From the NCBI RefSeq assembly GCF_022045235.1, contig NW_027266266.1, positions 20,274,001-20,338,000 on the forward strand: a stretch of DNA of 64,000 nucleotides, given 5' to 3'. Made by a program: the position numbers and the translations under genes. The notes beneath the pieces are model-generated. The model was not told the origin of the DNA. It did no database searches and saw only the letters and a program-made list of their open reading frames with translations. Each line of letters starts with the position of its first letter. Positions within the stretch are counted from its first letter, which is position 1. The DNA comes from Haliotis cracherodii (Eukaryota). Of this stretch, positions 63,492-64,000 are shown one piece after another.

Positions 63492-64000
63492 CAAGGCTGA
63501 ATAATGAACATGGTACAAAATATATATATAAGGTGGAGGATTAACAGTAACAAACAACTGCATACATGAAAGAGATAAACATGAGTAAGTTAAATACTAC
63601 ACATGATAAGGAAGCCAATTAAACAGGATAAGTATACATAGGAGGGGTCGCTATTGCTTGATGAGTTCACAGTAGGCGGATAGGATGAAATGGCCTTGAT
63701 CTCTGTTGATGGATGGTTGTGGCGGCGAATGTGGACTGCTTCTCTTAGTTTGCTTTTTGTGAAGTCCTGGAGTTGTTGGAGAGGATTTGGGCGGTTTATG
63801 TTGTGATTAAGGCAGTTGCTGATTTGTTCCGAATGGCTGATTTACTGTCGGATTTGATGGTTGAAGTTTTGTGCTCTTTGCTCAACCCCCCTCAATTCTC
63901 TAAGAAGGGACAACGACAGAAACACAACTAAACGCCAAGAACCTAAAGGTGTAGTTTATAAAATTGGCTGTAACTGGACAATCCTATATAGGGAAAACAT

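Larger units (their letters stand above)
1..64000. repeat. Gene-containing tandem array (macrosatellite-like), about 9 units, period 5.7-11.6 kb
   Basis: The same module order recurs throughout. The exon-1 ATG anchors are at 3645, 15285, 21764, 27447, 33671, 41756, 47939 and 55256 (spacings 11640, 6479, 5683, 6224, 8085, 6183, 7317). A ninth unit is cut off by the window end. Confidence 0.97.

Noticed and set aside
1-64000. CRISPR array, prokaryotic operon, rDNA/5S, histone or snRNA cluster as the basis of the repeat
   Set aside because: No short repeat-spacer structure, no long ORFs, and no sequence I recognise as rRNA, histone or snRNA. The content is eukaryotic TE debris plus a spliced gene.

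Overview
Eukaryotic, AT-rich, repeat-dense DNA. The SINE families look like those I recall from gastropod molluscs, probably abalone (Haliotis); this is unverified. The whole window is one tandem array of about 9 related units (period 5.7-11.6 kb). Each unit is mostly retroelement debris: a minus-strand APE-LINE ORF1/ORF2 remnant, a partly inverted Penelope-like GIY-YIG remnant with a hammerhead-like motif, tRNA-derived and structured SINEs, and microsatellites. Each unit also carries one compact, apparently intact 3-exon gene that the ORF track misses because it is spliced. It encodes an ~111-aa protein I do not recognise: MQSSSCVQ(D/E)RMFHPAFTPAATPVPRRRPCVYHPEPLSTLPTSYTSVPDPAPVSVSVNITGHVIMVDTDFVEIDLGREEDTQPLPPQSFLRALLSRFIRLVKRVFTSNKNDA. 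All 8 complete copies keep their reading frame (copy 1 has only a terminal +1 A) and GT-AG sites, and they show an excess of synonymous variants. The protein has an acidic LIR-like motif and a C-terminal cationic amphipathic helix. A decayed older paralog lies ~1.2 kb downstream in every unit. Units differ by insertions: Harbinger-like with nested Kolobok-like, a hAT MITE seen in empty, filled and footprint states, a Crypton-like hairpin element, an RNase H LINE, and a captured fragment of a second LINE. They also differ by SINE-SINE recombination. Two diverged LINE families both have ORF1 and ORF2 in one frame, separated by a single stop followed by the same GGGTGTGGCCARGGCC motif, a candidate readthrough signal.
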